Below the pieces are notes generated by a model, which saw nothing but the letters and a program-made list of their open reading frames with translations, made no database searches and was not told the origin of the DNA. 64,000 nt of DNA, from assembly GCA_016935525.1 (NCBI GenBank), contig JAFGQU010000013.1, forward strand, positions 90,523 to 154,522, in the 5' to 3' direction. Origin of the DNA: Candidatus Omnitrophota bacterium. GTDB lineage: Bacteria > Omnitrophota > Gorgyraeia > Duberdicusellales > 4484-171. The translations under genes and the position numbers were made by a program. Positions 46,559-56,808 of the stretch are shown piece by piece (position 1 is the stretch's first letter; each line of letters starts with the position of its first letter).

Positions 46559-47458
46559 ATGAAAAGTTTTATGCCAAAAAAAGGTATTTATATCTCGATC
46601 CGTCCTCATTCTCATGCCCACGGCGGCGGCGCAAACACCTTTGCCTGGAATTTCGTAAATTATCTCATTAAAAAAGATATTCCTATTAATTGGAATCTGC
46701 TTACCGCAGAAAAAGCATTGATCATCGCCGATAAAGTAAATACCTTTTTATTGCGGATAGCAAAAAAAACCGGATGTCATATCGTCCATCGTCTTGATGA
46801 ACATATTACTCCCGATGAGTCTATCCAGCGCAAGAGAAAACACGCTCGGATATTCAGGGTCAATCGGCTAACCGATATTACTGTGTTTCAGAGTGAATTT
46901 GTTAAGAATAATGTCCTTCCGTATTTAAATCCTTCTCGACATGAAGTTATCATTAATGGTGGCGATCCGGATATCTTTTATGACCGAAAAAGCGACGACC
47001 GCCGGTTTGTAGGGCATGTTACCAACTCTGTCGGTGACAAAAAACGGCTTGATCTGCTTGAAAAAGCGATTATCACTTACCCCAAAGAGCAGTTTTTGTT
47101 AGTTGGCAATCATGCAAAATCCGTAATCCCGTTTAGTAAATATGAAAATGTCACGATTGCAGGGCCGTTCCCCCGGCAGCAACTTGCGCTTTATTATCAA
47201 CAGATGAAGTGCCTTTATTTTCCTTCTGAAAACGACCCTTGTCCGAATACAGTTGTGGAGGCTATCCTTTCCGGTGTTCCGGTCTGTTATAATCTTTTAG
47301 GAGGCACGGTAGAGGTTGTACGCGATTGCGGGCTTTCTCTTGAGCAATTTGATGTTCTTTTAGGTCAGACTGCCGAATTCAGGCAACGATGCCGGTTGCG
47401 AAAAGATCTTTATTTCGATGCCGTGGCTGAACGGTATGTATCCTTATTGTCAGGATAA
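46559..47458 (+). CDS. Glycosyltransferase family 4-like
   Basis: GGANTF, HRLD, FQSEF, FPSENDPCPNTVVEAILSGVPV. Confidence 0.82.
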   Translation: MKSFMPKKGIYISIRPHSHAHGGGANTFAWNFVNYLIKKDIPINWNLLTAEKALIIADKVNTFLLRIAKKTGCHIVHRLDEHITPDESIQRKRKHARIFRVNRLTDITVFQSEFVKNNVLPYLNPSRHEVIINGGDPDIFYDRKSDDRRFVGHVTNSVGDKKRLDLLEKAIITYPKEQFLLVGNHAKSVIPFSKYENVTIAGPFPRQQLALYYQQMKCLYFPSENDPCPNTVVEAILSGVPVCYNLLGGTVEVVRDCGLSLEQFDVLLGQTAEFRQRCRLRKDLYFDAVAERYVSLLSG

Positions 47459-47475
47459 CAAGAAGGAGTATTTTT

Positions 47476-48285
47476 ATGACCCAGAAAGCGATTATCGAAA
47501 AACATTTTTCTAAGCTGGCTGATGTGTGGAAAGATAATATATATAAGCCGATACATCATCAAGGGGTTTTCGATTATTTTGATAAACAGTATCGATTTGA
47601 TCATGTCGTCAGGATGATCGGACATATCCCGGAAAAAAAGGGGAAAGCTCTTGATGTCGGTTGCGGAGCCGGACAATTATTACCGGTTTTATATAATTAT
47701 AATTACGATGTTTTCGCTATTGATGTGTCAGAAGCCATGCTGTCTCGCGCCCGAGAAGTATGCCAAAAGCATAATATTCACGCGAATATCGAATGGGGCG
47801 ATTGCGAAAAGCTGAAATATCCCGATTCTTTTTTTGATTTATATGTCGCGATGGGGGTCATTGAATATATGGATACCGATACGCCGATGATTCACGAAAT
47901 ATACAGGCTTTTGACACCGGATGGTACAGCTATTGTTACCACGCGGAATATCCGCTGTCTCCATATCCGTTGGAGAAACTTTTTTCAAAAAAACATAGAA
48001 ACACCTTTGAAGAATTTAGTACGCTTTATATCTAAACGTCCCCTCAAAGAATATGGGGGTATTTCCCGGGAACACGACCCATCCCGGCTTTGTCAATTAA
48101 TCAAAGAGCAGGGGTTTGATGTAGTAGAGCAACGGTATGTCCATTTTCATTTTTTACCCGCGCCTCTCGATCGCTGGTTAAAACCGGTAGAGGCGATAGT
48201 GGGGAAATGGATGGAACGGCATTTCGGTGGAGCAAAATTCTCTTTTCTCGCTTCGGCATATATAGTGAAATTTCAGAAAAAATAA
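47476..48285 (+). CDS. Class I SAM methyltransferase
   Basis: ALDVGCGAG, IDVSEAML, GVIEY, EIYRLL. Confidence 0.88.
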   Translation: MTQKAIIEKHFSKLADVWKDNIYKPIHHQGVFDYFDKQYRFDHVVRMIGHIPEKKGKALDVGCGAGQLLPVLYNYNYDVFAIDVSEAMLSRAREVCQKHNIHANIEWGDCEKLKYPDSFFDLYVAMGVIEYMDTDTPMIHEIYRLLTPDGTAIVTTRNIRCLHIRWRNFFQKNIETPLKNLVRFISKRPLKEYGGISREHDPSRLCQLIKEQGFDVVEQRYVHFHFLPAPLDRWLKPVEAIVGKWMERHFGGAKFSFLASAYIVKFQKK

Positions 48286-48287
48286 TT

Positions 48288-49304
48288 ATGTTATCATTGC
48301 ATTCGATCACTGCTCAGATTAAAAAAAAAGGCAAGAATATTTATTATTCCTTTGCCTCTTTTTCTCCCTTATCCCCGTGCGCGATAATATTTTTATTCCA
48401 TACCGTAGAATCGCAAAGCTCTCCCTGGACGGCCGGGCATCGCTACATCACTCCCTACAGGATATTCCAGAAACAGATACGCTTTATTAAAGATAACTTT
48501 TCTGTGGTGCCGACGAGCGTTTTAGTCGGGGCATTAAGTAAGAGTGAACTTAAGTGTCCCCTGGCGTCTATCCATTTTGATGACGGGTTTCGTTCTTATC
48601 AGGATATCGCGTTGCCTTATCTGAAACGGGAGTCAGTCCCTTCGACTGTTTTTCTTGTCGATGCGGTCCTTAAAGGATATATCCCTTTACGGAACAGGCT
48701 TGCCTTTTGTCTTAATACCGGTAATAAAAAAAGATTGTTTCGCGCAATCGAAGAATATACACACACAAAGTCAGCCCAAAAAAGTAAGATTGGTAAAATG
48801 AATGTTTATGATTTTTTAGCATGGATAAAGAATCGTATGGATCCGCAGATAGAGAATATAATTAATAGGGAATTTTTACTGTGTCAAAATGATCTCTCTG
48901 TGCGGTCACCGTTTATCGGTAGTAAGGATGCGATTGAGTTAAGCAGAGATCCTGATGTTGAGATCGGTTCACATACGTTAACTCATCCCATGCTGACCGA
49001 TCTGAATGCGGAAGAACAGAAAAAGGAGATCATCACCGGACATGAGAATCTTGAAAACATATTAGGCAAAAAAATACATTTTTTTGCTTATCCCCATGGA
49101 GGGAAAACCCATTTTAATGAAACAAGCCGGGCCATTATTCTCGAGCAGGGTCATATGGTCGCATTCAGCAGTTACGGCGGAGTGAATCCCGATTATCAAC
49201 GGGATGATATCCGCCGTATTACTCTGACCGATCATTCGACTCTTGATATAAAGAGTACGGTGTTGAGTAATTACCGTAAATCTTCATCTTCAATTAATGT
49301 ATAG
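48288..49304 (+). CDS. Polysaccharide deacetylase (NodB-like)
   Basis: IHFDDG, EIGSHTLTHPML, FAYPHG. Confidence 0.88.
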   Translation: MLSLHSITAQIKKKGKNIYYSFASFSPLSPCAIIFLFHTVESQSSPWTAGHRYITPYRIFQKQIRFIKDNFSVVPTSVLVGALSKSELKCPLASIHFDDGFRSYQDIALPYLKRESVPSTVFLVDAVLKGYIPLRNRLAFCLNTGNKKRLFRAIEEYTHTKSAQKSKIGKMNVYDFLAWIKNRMDPQIENIINREFLLCQNDLSVRSPFIGSKDAIELSRDPDVEIGSHTLTHPMLTDLNAEEQKKEIITGHENLENILGKKIHFFAYPHGGKTHFNETSRAIILEQGHMVAFSSYGGVNPDYQRDDIRRITLTDHSTLDIKSTVLSNYRKSSSSINV

Positions 49305-49313
49305 GGTCAAAGC

Positions 49314-50291
49314 ATGTCTTCTAAGGTGAGTAAGTCTATTCCCATTGGCTGGGTAGTGCCGAAACTGTTGCCATATCCGATGGTTATGGCCTCAACACGG
49401 TTACGGGTATATGATGTCATTCGTTATTTACGGGAGAATGGTCTTGCCACTGAGTCGTACCGACCGTGGGGGGGATATAAGGTCGTTATATTCCAGAAAT
49501 GTTTTCATAAAAAAGCCATCCGGCTTGCGCAAAAGCTGCGTAAGAAAAATATCAAGGTGGTGCTTGATATCAATGTGAATTATATTGATGGTGATCCTGC
49601 ATTTGTTACCGATGAACATAGGAAAAATATTCTGGATATGCTTTCGGTATGTGATGCGGTAATCACCCCGTCCCAATATCTGCGGGACCTTTACGCGAGA
49701 CATCATCACTTTTGTTTTCTTATCGAAGAGATCATTGAAGATAGGTTCCTTTCGGTACGCAAGATGCATAACGATATACAAAAGGTTATGGTCATTTTTT
49801 GCGGGTATGCGATAAAGGCCAGAGAGGTCTATATGATCGGTGATCTGATAAGGTCGCTGTATCAACGTAGAAAAATAGAATTTACCTGTATATGTGAAAA
49901 AGATCCGCGGCTCCAAGATGTTCCCTATCAGTTTGTTCGGTATAATCATAAACGGTTGCCTCAGTTGTTGCTCAAAGGAGATATCAAGATCAGTCCGCGC
50001 GATATGGAAAGAAAATATAATCTCGGGCATACGTTTACCCGTATCGGCTATCCCATGGCAGTAGGATTACCCGTTGTGGCCAGTCCGTTGGCGGCTTATA
50101 AAGGGTCGCCGGCATTGCTTTGTAATACCCAGGATGATTGGACAAAGGGCCTGGAACGTTTGATCTCGGATTGGCGGTATCGCCGGGAATTAGGAGAAAA
50201 AGGACAGGCGTTTGTCCGTGATCATTTTACAAAAGGGCCGATTATCCGGAAATATTTAGATTTTTTTAGCCAGGTCATGCAAGAATCATGA
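49314..50291 (+). CDS. Glycosyltransferase (GT-B, family 4-like)
   Basis: ASTRLR, VVIFQK, MAVGLPVVASP. Confidence 0.8.
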   Translation: MSSKVSKSIPIGWVVPKLLPYPMVMASTRLRVYDVIRYLRENGLATESYRPWGGYKVVIFQKCFHKKAIRLAQKLRKKNIKVVLDINVNYIDGDPAFVTDEHRKNILDMLSVCDAVITPSQYLRDLYARHHHFCFLIEEIIEDRFLSVRKMHNDIQKVMVIFCGYAIKAREVYMIGDLIRSLYQRRKIEFTCICEKDPRLQDVPYQFVRYNHKRLPQLLLKGDIKISPRDMERKYNLGHTFTRIGYPMAVGLPVVASPLAAYKGSPALLCNTQDDWTKGLERLISDWRYRRELGEKGQAFVRDHFTKGPIIRKYLDFFSQVMQES

Positions 50292-51268
50292 GAATTTGCC
50301 TTTACTACCGCACAATCGATAAACCATGGGGAGGAGCTAACTCTTTTATCGTCAACCTCCGTAATTTCTTTATGAAGAATGATGTCGAAATAACGACGGA
50401 TATAAATTCCCAATATGATGTCCTTTTCCTTAACGGAGCTTATAAGGCGCCGGGAAAGATGTTTGATCTTTCATCCATACGGGCGATAAAACGTTATGGA
50501 TACGCTTCTTTCATAAAACGGATATTTGGTCAAAAAAGAAAAGTGAAAATAGTATATCGGTTGGATGGTTTACGGAAAATATATGCCGGTGTGAACAGTA
50601 AAATGGATACGATCCAGCTTCAGTGTCTGCCGTATGCCGATCATATCATTTTCCAGAGTAAATTCGCTCATCAGATTTTTTCTGATGCAGGATATAACGG
50701 GAATAATTTTTCTGTTATTCATAATGGGGTTAATACGAATATGTTCAATATAGCCGGGCGTGACTTTTGGGATGGAAAATATCCTTTAAAGATCGTTGCC
50801 TGTTCCTGGTCGGCAAATCCGGCAAAAGGCCATGCGATAATAGCCCGCTATGCGGATGTGGAGGGAGTAGAAGTCCATTATGTAGGCAAATGGCCGCAAA
50901 ATATCTCATCAGGCAAGGTTATTTGCCACGGCCCATTACCACAGAGAGAAATAGCGGAAATATTTAAACAATCTCATGTATTTCTTTTTCCGGCACTTCA
51001 AGAGGCTTGTTCGAACACTCTGTTGGAGGCATTAGCGTGCGGGTTACCGGTGCTTTATATCGATAGCGGCAGTAACCGGGAAATTGCCGGAGAGTACGGG
51101 ATAGAACTAAGAGAAGAATCTTTTGAAAGATCTATTACCTATATGCGGGAGCAATACGGTCTGTTGCGAGCTAGAATAGAGAATGAAAATAAAAAGTTTT
51201 CTATAGGATGTGTGGGGGAAAAATATCTTGAAATATGCCAAAAGTTATGCCATGGATCTGATAGCTGA
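50288..51268 (+). CDS. Glycosyltransferase family 4-like
   Basis: GGANSF, YRLDG, FQSKF, EACSNTLLEALACGLPV. Confidence 0.85.
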   Translation: MRICLYYRTIDKPWGGANSFIVNLRNFFMKNDVEITTDINSQYDVLFLNGAYKAPGKMFDLSSIRAIKRYGYASFIKRIFGQKRKVKIVYRLDGLRKIYAGVNSKMDTIQLQCLPYADHIIFQSKFAHQIFSDAGYNGNNFSVIHNGVNTNMFNIAGRDFWDGKYPLKIVACSWSANPAKGHAIIARYADVEGVEVHYVGKWPQNISSGKVICHGPLPQREIAEIFKQSHVFLFPALQEACSNTLLEALACGLPVLYIDSGSNREIAGEYGIELREESFERSITYMREQYGLLRARIENENKKFSIGCVGEKYLEICQKLCHGSDS

Positions 51269-52346
51269 AACCAAACAAAGTTCGCTTTTGTTTCTTGATA
51301 AGGTTTATCAGGGAGATGGTTTCTTTGCTTATTCTTTAGAGTACGACCGTTATTCAAAGGATTCTAACTGGTGGGGATTGGCTAATACGGTTTTTGCCGT
51401 CAAGACTTATCATATTCTGCGTTCTTTAACCAGTTTGGATGAACAGCGAAAAAAGGATATTGTTGATTTCATGCAATCTTTCCATCGAGGGGGAGGAGTA
51501 TATAGCGACAAATTGGTGTGTAGAGAGACAAGGCTCTACAATAAACTTGCTGCAATAAAACATTTTAATTTTTCTAATTTTTTCGGCCAAAAAACGGTTA
51601 TAGCTGAAACCAGACAGGCCGTAGCAGCCTTGTTTATTAGTGGTTCGCGGCCTGTAGAAATGTTCGATGACATACCCTATACCGTAAGAGATGTCGATAA
51701 GTATTTTAATAGTCTTAATTGGCGCAATATATGGGGGGCGGCTAGTCATGTCGGGCATCTGGTCTTTTTTTATAAAATGAATGCTGATTTATTTGGACAT
51801 AATAAAGGACTTAATCAGGAATTGATTGCTTATTGTTTGCATAAATTGACGATATTACAGAATCCTAAAGATGGGCTGTGGTATAAGCAGGAGGTTTCAG
51901 CTAAACAGAAAATTAACGCTGCGATGAAAATAATATCTGCTTTCAATATCGCTGACAAAAAAGATATCCCTTACGCTGAAAAGATTATAGATTTTATGCT
52001 TTCTCTGAAAGATGATTACTACCGCAATGGAGATGGGTGTGATAATTTAAATTCTATGTTCGTAATGAAATATGCTCTCGATAGCGCCGGGCCTAATTAT
52101 AAAGAGAATAATGTGCATGATTTCTGTTGGAACGCTCTCGATCGGTATAAAACCTATGCTTATCCGGAAGAAGGAGGTTTTACTTTTTTGCGCAATGCCG
52201 GGCCTCGTAAATGGTATGGTATGGAAATTACAAAAAAATTTAGTGGTCCGGATATCCAGGGGACTTTTATGTTTACGTGGGCAATATCTCTTGCTGCCTT
52301 TTTATTGAAAATTAACTGGGAAGAATTTCAGGAAATAATAAATTAA
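51252..52346 (+). CDS. Hypothetical protein, probable (alpha/alpha)-toroid fold
   Basis: Long ORF coupled to neighbours; LQNPKDGLW and EEGGFTF resemble prenyltransferase/squalene-cyclase QW-type repeats. Confidence 0.6.
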   Translation: MDLIAETKQSSLLFLDKVYQGDGFFAYSLEYDRYSKDSNWWGLANTVFAVKTYHILRSLTSLDEQRKKDIVDFMQSFHRGGGVYSDKLVCRETRLYNKLAAIKHFNFSNFFGQKTVIAETRQAVAALFISGSRPVEMFDDIPYTVRDVDKYFNSLNWRNIWGAASHVGHLVFFYKMNADLFGHNKGLNQELIAYCLHKLTILQNPKDGLWYKQEVSAKQKINAAMKIISAFNIADKKDIPYAEKIIDFMLSLKDDYYRNGDGCDNLNSMFVMKYALDSAGPNYKENNVHDFCWNALDRYKTYAYPEEGGFTFLRNAGPRKWYGMEITKKFSGPDIQGTFMFTWAISLAAFLLKINWEEFQEIIN

Positions 52347-52349
52347 AAT

Positions 52350-53480
52350 ATGAAAATAGCCCTTGTTTTCACTTTTAATGTCTCCGTCCGGATATGGCAT
52401 GCTCGGGGGTTCTTGAGCCGGGAAAGAGCTATTTACGAAAAACTGATGTCAGCAGGGGGGGTAGATGAGATCTATTGGTTTACGTATGGTATAGATGATG
52501 CCGGGTATCAACACTATTTGCCGTCAACTATCAAGATAATCCCTGCCCCGCGATTTTGCCGTAATCCTCTAGGAAAAATAATATATTCGTTTCTTATGCC
52601 TGTTATTCAACGTCACTGGTTCAGGCAATGTGATCTTATCAAGACAAACCAGGTTAAAGGAGCGTGGACTGCGCTTATAGTTAAGTTGTTTTTGCGGAAA
52701 AAGATTATTGTGAGAGCAGGATATTTGTGGAGTCGGGTCGCAGTTCAATCTAAATATGCCGGGTCTCTGGACCGTTTTTCTCATCTTGTCGAAAAAGTAT
52801 GTTTTCAGAAAGCTGATTGTGTGATGGTAACTGCCCTGTCACATAAACAATATATCATGAAACATTATCTGGTATCTGAAGAAAAAATAAAAGTAATACC
52901 TAATTGTATCGATACGGAAATTTTTAAGCCGATACCGGGAATCGAAAAGTTTCGTGACCGGATAATCTATGTAGGCAGGATCTCTTCCGAGAAAAATATC
53001 CCGATGGTCATCGAGACGCTTTCCGGTACAGATTATGAGTTGGATATATATGGCGAAGGAGATAAGAATCAGCAAGATTCCCTCGCTGATTTAGCTGATA
53101 AGCTCAAGGTCAAAGTGCGTTTTCAGGGGACGGTTGATAATGCTTTTTTGCCGGAAACATTGAACAAGTACAGAGTTTTTGTCCTTTATTCGGAATATGA
53201 AGGCATGCCTAAAGCGTTATTGGAAGCGATGGCTTGCGGATTGGTGTGTGTAGGAACCCGAGTCGAAGGGATCCTCGATATCATCCGGGATAATGAGACC
53301 GGAATATTGGTGGAAAAAGGGAATATAACACAGCTTACCGCTACGTTACATAAAATATTTACCGATAATAACTTCACGGAATCGTTAAGCCGTAATGCGG
53401 TTGAATATATAAAGCAAAACTTTACTACCGAAAAAATAGCTCAAGAGGAAGATACAGTTATCCGATCGTTTTTGTATTAA
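52350..53480 (+). CDS. Glycosyltransferase family 4
   Basis: VIPNCID, YVGRISSEKN, SEYEGMPKALLEAMACG. Confidence 0.92.
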   Translation: MKIALVFTFNVSVRIWHARGFLSRERAIYEKLMSAGGVDEIYWFTYGIDDAGYQHYLPSTIKIIPAPRFCRNPLGKIIYSFLMPVIQRHWFRQCDLIKTNQVKGAWTALIVKLFLRKKIIVRAGYLWSRVAVQSKYAGSLDRFSHLVEKVCFQKADCVMVTALSHKQYIMKHYLVSEEKIKVIPNCIDTEIFKPIPGIEKFRDRIIYVGRISSEKNIPMVIETLSGTDYELDIYGEGDKNQQDSLADLADKLKVKVRFQGTVDNAFLPETLNKYRVFVLYSEYEGMPKALLEAMACGLVCVGTRVEGILDIIRDNETGILVEKGNITQLTATLHKIFTDNNFTESLSRNAVEYIKQNFTTEKIAQEEDTVIRSFLY

Positions 53481-53509
53481 ATAGAGTTCTCGACGTTTAT
53501 GCGGTATTT

Positions 53510-55753
53510 ATGAAGAGGGTATTACGCGCCATACTTATTATATTCATAATCGGGATAGCCGCTTTTTTTATCTCTTTTCCGATATTTAGTAAGGTCTCAC
53601 CGTTAAAACATCCTAAATCAGCTTTAAAAGATTATATGCGTAATATCCAGAGAGAATGGGATTACATGATGTTTTTGTGTTTTCCAAAGCCGCAGTCGAC
53701 ACTATCTGTTTCTCCTGCAATGTTGCCGATAAAAATTCCATTAGATATCTTAGGTGAATATCCTTCATCAAACGCCGTATCGGGATTTTTCCTTTTTTCA
53801 CCGGGCCGGGTTTTTGATTATAATATTTTCTCTCTGTATTCAGAACCTTTGGGTATTCCGGTGGATGTGCAGCATAAGATAATGTCTCGGTGGCCGGATG
53901 GGTCCGCGAAATGTGTCCATGTGGTCGCTGTCGCTGACGCGGATCTTTTAAAGAGTGGGGATTTATATTTGATCGTGGATAAACAAAGAAAAGATTCTAC
54001 GATTACACGGTCTCAGGAGGTTCCATCTGTTTTCCACCGGCAGACTTTCATCAAAAATATCCGGGTAAATATGGGGGTAGAAGGTAAACGTTTTACTCAA
54101 ACAACATCGAATATCGATCGTAATAAGTGGGAGAAAGGACCTGTTCGGTGGCAGACTTATGATCATAGGCGGAGTAAGTATATTGAAGCACTCTTTTTAC
54201 AGAAATATTTTGCGGATTTACCCCAAAAGACGATTCAGTTAACGGCAAAATATACATATCCGCAAGAAAAAGATGTGGTGGATTTTGATTTTCTGGAATG
54301 GCAGATCAGTTTCGATAAGACGTTAAATAACTGGCGTGTCGTTGATCCCGATCGGGGAATTTTTTCTGTTTTTTTTGATGGGGAAGAAGTCTATGTGTAT
54401 CTACCCTGGTTTTCGGAGATCTTCCGTTGGATCCATATAGGTGTCCAGGGGAATGTATTGTCTATAAGATTTTCTCCGAATAAAGATGGACCCATGTATA
54501 TTCATTTAGGATCCGGTAATACGATAAATGTCCATTTATTTGCGGTAGATAAAAATAAGGGAGAGAATGTCTTAAGCAAATTGATTTCCCCTGACGAATA
54601 TGTCTCTCTTGTGCCCAAAGATGTAGAAGCTGAAGGCTTATGGTATTACTATTCTCCGGAAAATATCCCGGAATCATCTTTGCGAAAATTAGAAGAGATA
54701 ATCGGTTTTTATAGAAACCATTTCCGTATTGCTCCAACTGATTATAATCATCCCCGGTTAGATTCAGAACCGCCTCCGGCCGTACATAGTCTATTTTTCC
54801 GCCGGGGAGCTTTGGCGAATCGGGGAGGAGAGTCGCTATATACACGGGGAGGAGATAAGCTTTCAAGAGATTATCGTCAGGGAGATCTCTCATATTATCT
54901 GCTTCTTTATTATTACCATTGTAAGGATATCCTTGCCAAAGAGGTTGCTCTGGATTACGCTCGTTATGTATGTGATAACGGAATAATGTCCCATAATAAA
55001 GGGTATTGGAATGGCAGTATGCGGTATTATACTGCGCACGATTACAGTGAATCGGTATATAATCGTTTTTCGGGTATTCTTGCTGCCTATTATACGACCA
55101 ATAGTTATTATTTTTATCTTATGAGTAAAAGAGTCGCCGATGCCGGATATTTCCGTTTAACTGCCAATGGCGAGCTCCTTTCGGTTGACCAGAGCGGTGC
55201 CGTGAGTGATATCACGTTAAGCCGGACTCCGTATCTTGCCTATGATTATATCCTCGCGTTTCAGACTTTCGGAGACGCTCGCTACCTTTATACAGCAGAA
55301 AAACTTATGGATTTTCTCCGTTATTCGCAGAATCCCGGTATTCCCTATTGGTATATGTCATGGAATTGGCGGCAAAAACAATGGGCTCCGGTTTCTTCTC
55401 GAAATAACCCGGGTGATAGTTTTCGTAATTTCTATGCGTATGCGTTTAGCGGTATTTATCTGGCTTTAATGGAATATGACGGGGGGTTGCCTGAGAAAAA
55501 TATCCCTTATTTAGAACAAATGCTCCGTGTCGAACATCGGTATTTCCCGGAACACATCATGTATGATCCCCGTTGGGGATTGATGTATTTACTTTATTCT
55601 CATGGGATGGGAGATGAGGAATATTTTCAGGCAACTAAAGATGCTCTGGAGGAATTTGAGAAAGATGTCTGGCCGGTCCTTTCCAACCAGCGTATGAAAG
55701 AAAACCTGCTTTTTATTCCTTTGACCTACCGATCGATGTCAGATTTCAATTGA
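53510..55753 (+). CDS. Large membrane-anchored hypothetical protein (possible glycan lyase/hydrolase)
   Basis: N-terminal TM; SRWPDGSAK resembles the WPDGS motif of YetA/exo-rhamnogalacturonan-lyase N-domains; Tyr-rich helical C-terminal half. Confidence 0.6.
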   Translation: MKRVLRAILIIFIIGIAAFFISFPIFSKVSPLKHPKSALKDYMRNIQREWDYMMFLCFPKPQSTLSVSPAMLPIKIPLDILGEYPSSNAVSGFFLFSPGRVFDYNIFSLYSEPLGIPVDVQHKIMSRWPDGSAKCVHVVAVADADLLKSGDLYLIVDKQRKDSTITRSQEVPSVFHRQTFIKNIRVNMGVEGKRFTQTTSNIDRNKWEKGPVRWQTYDHRRSKYIEALFLQKYFADLPQKTIQLTAKYTYPQEKDVVDFDFLEWQISFDKTLNNWRVVDPDRGIFSVFFDGEEVYVYLPWFSEIFRWIHIGVQGNVLSIRFSPNKDGPMYIHLGSGNTINVHLFAVDKNKGENVLSKLISPDEYVSLVPKDVEAEGLWYYYSPENIPESSLRKLEEIIGFYRNHFRIAPTDYNHPRLDSEPPPAVHSLFFRRGALANRGGESLYTRGGDKLSRDYRQGDLSYYLLLYYYHCKDILAKEVALDYARYVCDNGIMSHNKGYWNGSMRYYTAHDYSESVYNRFSGILAAYYTTNSYYFYLMSKRVADAGYFRLTANGELLSVDQSGAVSDITLSRTPYLAYDYILAFQTFGDARYLYTAEKLMDFLRYSQNPGIPYWYMSWNWRQKQWAPVSSRNNPGDSFRNFYAYAFSGIYLALMEYDGGLPEKNIPYLEQMLRVEHRYFPEHIMYDPRWGLMYLLYSHGMGDEEYFQATKDALEEFEKDVWPVLSNQRMKENLLFIPLTYRSMSDFN

Positions 55754-56685
55754 TCCGGCTGTTTATAAAATACTACGTTAAGAAAGGGAGCCGTACGAGT
55801 GAGCGGAATGCGAAATAGACGCGAGCAGACGGTAGCTATTAAAAGTGTACAGTATTTGAGACTTGTTTTTCTTATATCATATTGTCCGGGAAATATAGCG
55901 TCTCTATCATGGTAACCCGTTTCTTTGGATATATCTATTACTGGAGAAGATAGATTTGTGGGGAATAGCTCGGAATATGTAGCTCCTTGCCAGCCGGAGC
56001 CTGGTTCAGTAAATTGTTTTTTTCCGCCTTTTGCCTTACCGAAAAGTTTCGCGTAATAATAAGCCGTATTCGGTTCTAAAAATTGTATAAACGGTAAATG
56101 CGTGGAATGGACTTCGATCGGAAATAATCTATTCGGGGTATCAAAAAATCCTATCAAGCCTCCCGGTTTCAGTTTACGGTAATATGCAGTTATATGTTTT
56201 TGCCGGTTGGGATAATCGATATGTTCAACTACGGCTAAAGCGATGACCAGATCAAAAAAATTGTCGGGATACGGTAATTGAATAGAATTAGGATCGGCAA
56301 TATGGTCTATGCTTCTCACTTTTTCCAATTTTAATTCTTCTTTTTTTATTTTGGTTATTTCGACCATCTTTTTGTCGATATCGAACGTGTAAATCTCTTC
56401 CACACATAGTTGTTCATTAAGATATTCGGTAATATGTCCGGTCGAACATCCAATCTCTAAGACTTTCATATTTTTATATCCGTGAGCATGGAGATAATCA
56501 AAAAGAGGCTGCAGGAATTTTGATCTTTTTTCTTTTAAAGAAAGATAAATAAGAGCGCGTTCCAGGCCTTTGCGTTCAATGATCGTGTCAATTACCTTTT
56601 TGCTGTAATAAGTTTTCGTTTCCTGCAAATTCGTTTTCAAGATACGATATTCTCCGGTATCAATAATCGAGTAAGTTTCGGCCAT
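55726..56685 (-). CDS. Class I SAM methyltransferase (antisense to the cluster)
   Basis: VLEIGCSTG, LPYPDNFFD, VVEHI, TPNRLFPIEVH. Confidence 0.88.
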   Translation of the reverse strand: MAETYSIIDTGEYRILKTNLQETKTYYSKKVIDTIIERKGLERALIYLSLKEKRSKFLQPLFDYLHAHGYKNMKVLEIGCSTGHITEYLNEQLCVEEIYTFDIDKKMVEITKIKKEELKLEKVRSIDHIADPNSIQLPYPDNFFDLVIALAVVEHIDYPNRQKHITAYYRKLKPGGLIGFFDTPNRLFPIEVHSTHLPFIQFLEPNTAYYYAKLFGKAKGGKKQFTEPGSGWQGATYSELFPTNLSSPVIDISKETGYHDRDAIFPGQYDIRKTSLKYCTLLIATVCSRLFRIPLTRTAPFLNVVFYKQPDQLKSDIDR

Positions 56686-56808
56686 GATTGTGTGTATTGG
56701 GTTTAATTATATGCCTTGCAAGTTTTGTAGGGTTCGGATAAACTTATACATAATAATAAAAATAATAAGGGATTATACAACATTTTCAGCTTATTGTCAG
56801 GGAAATAA

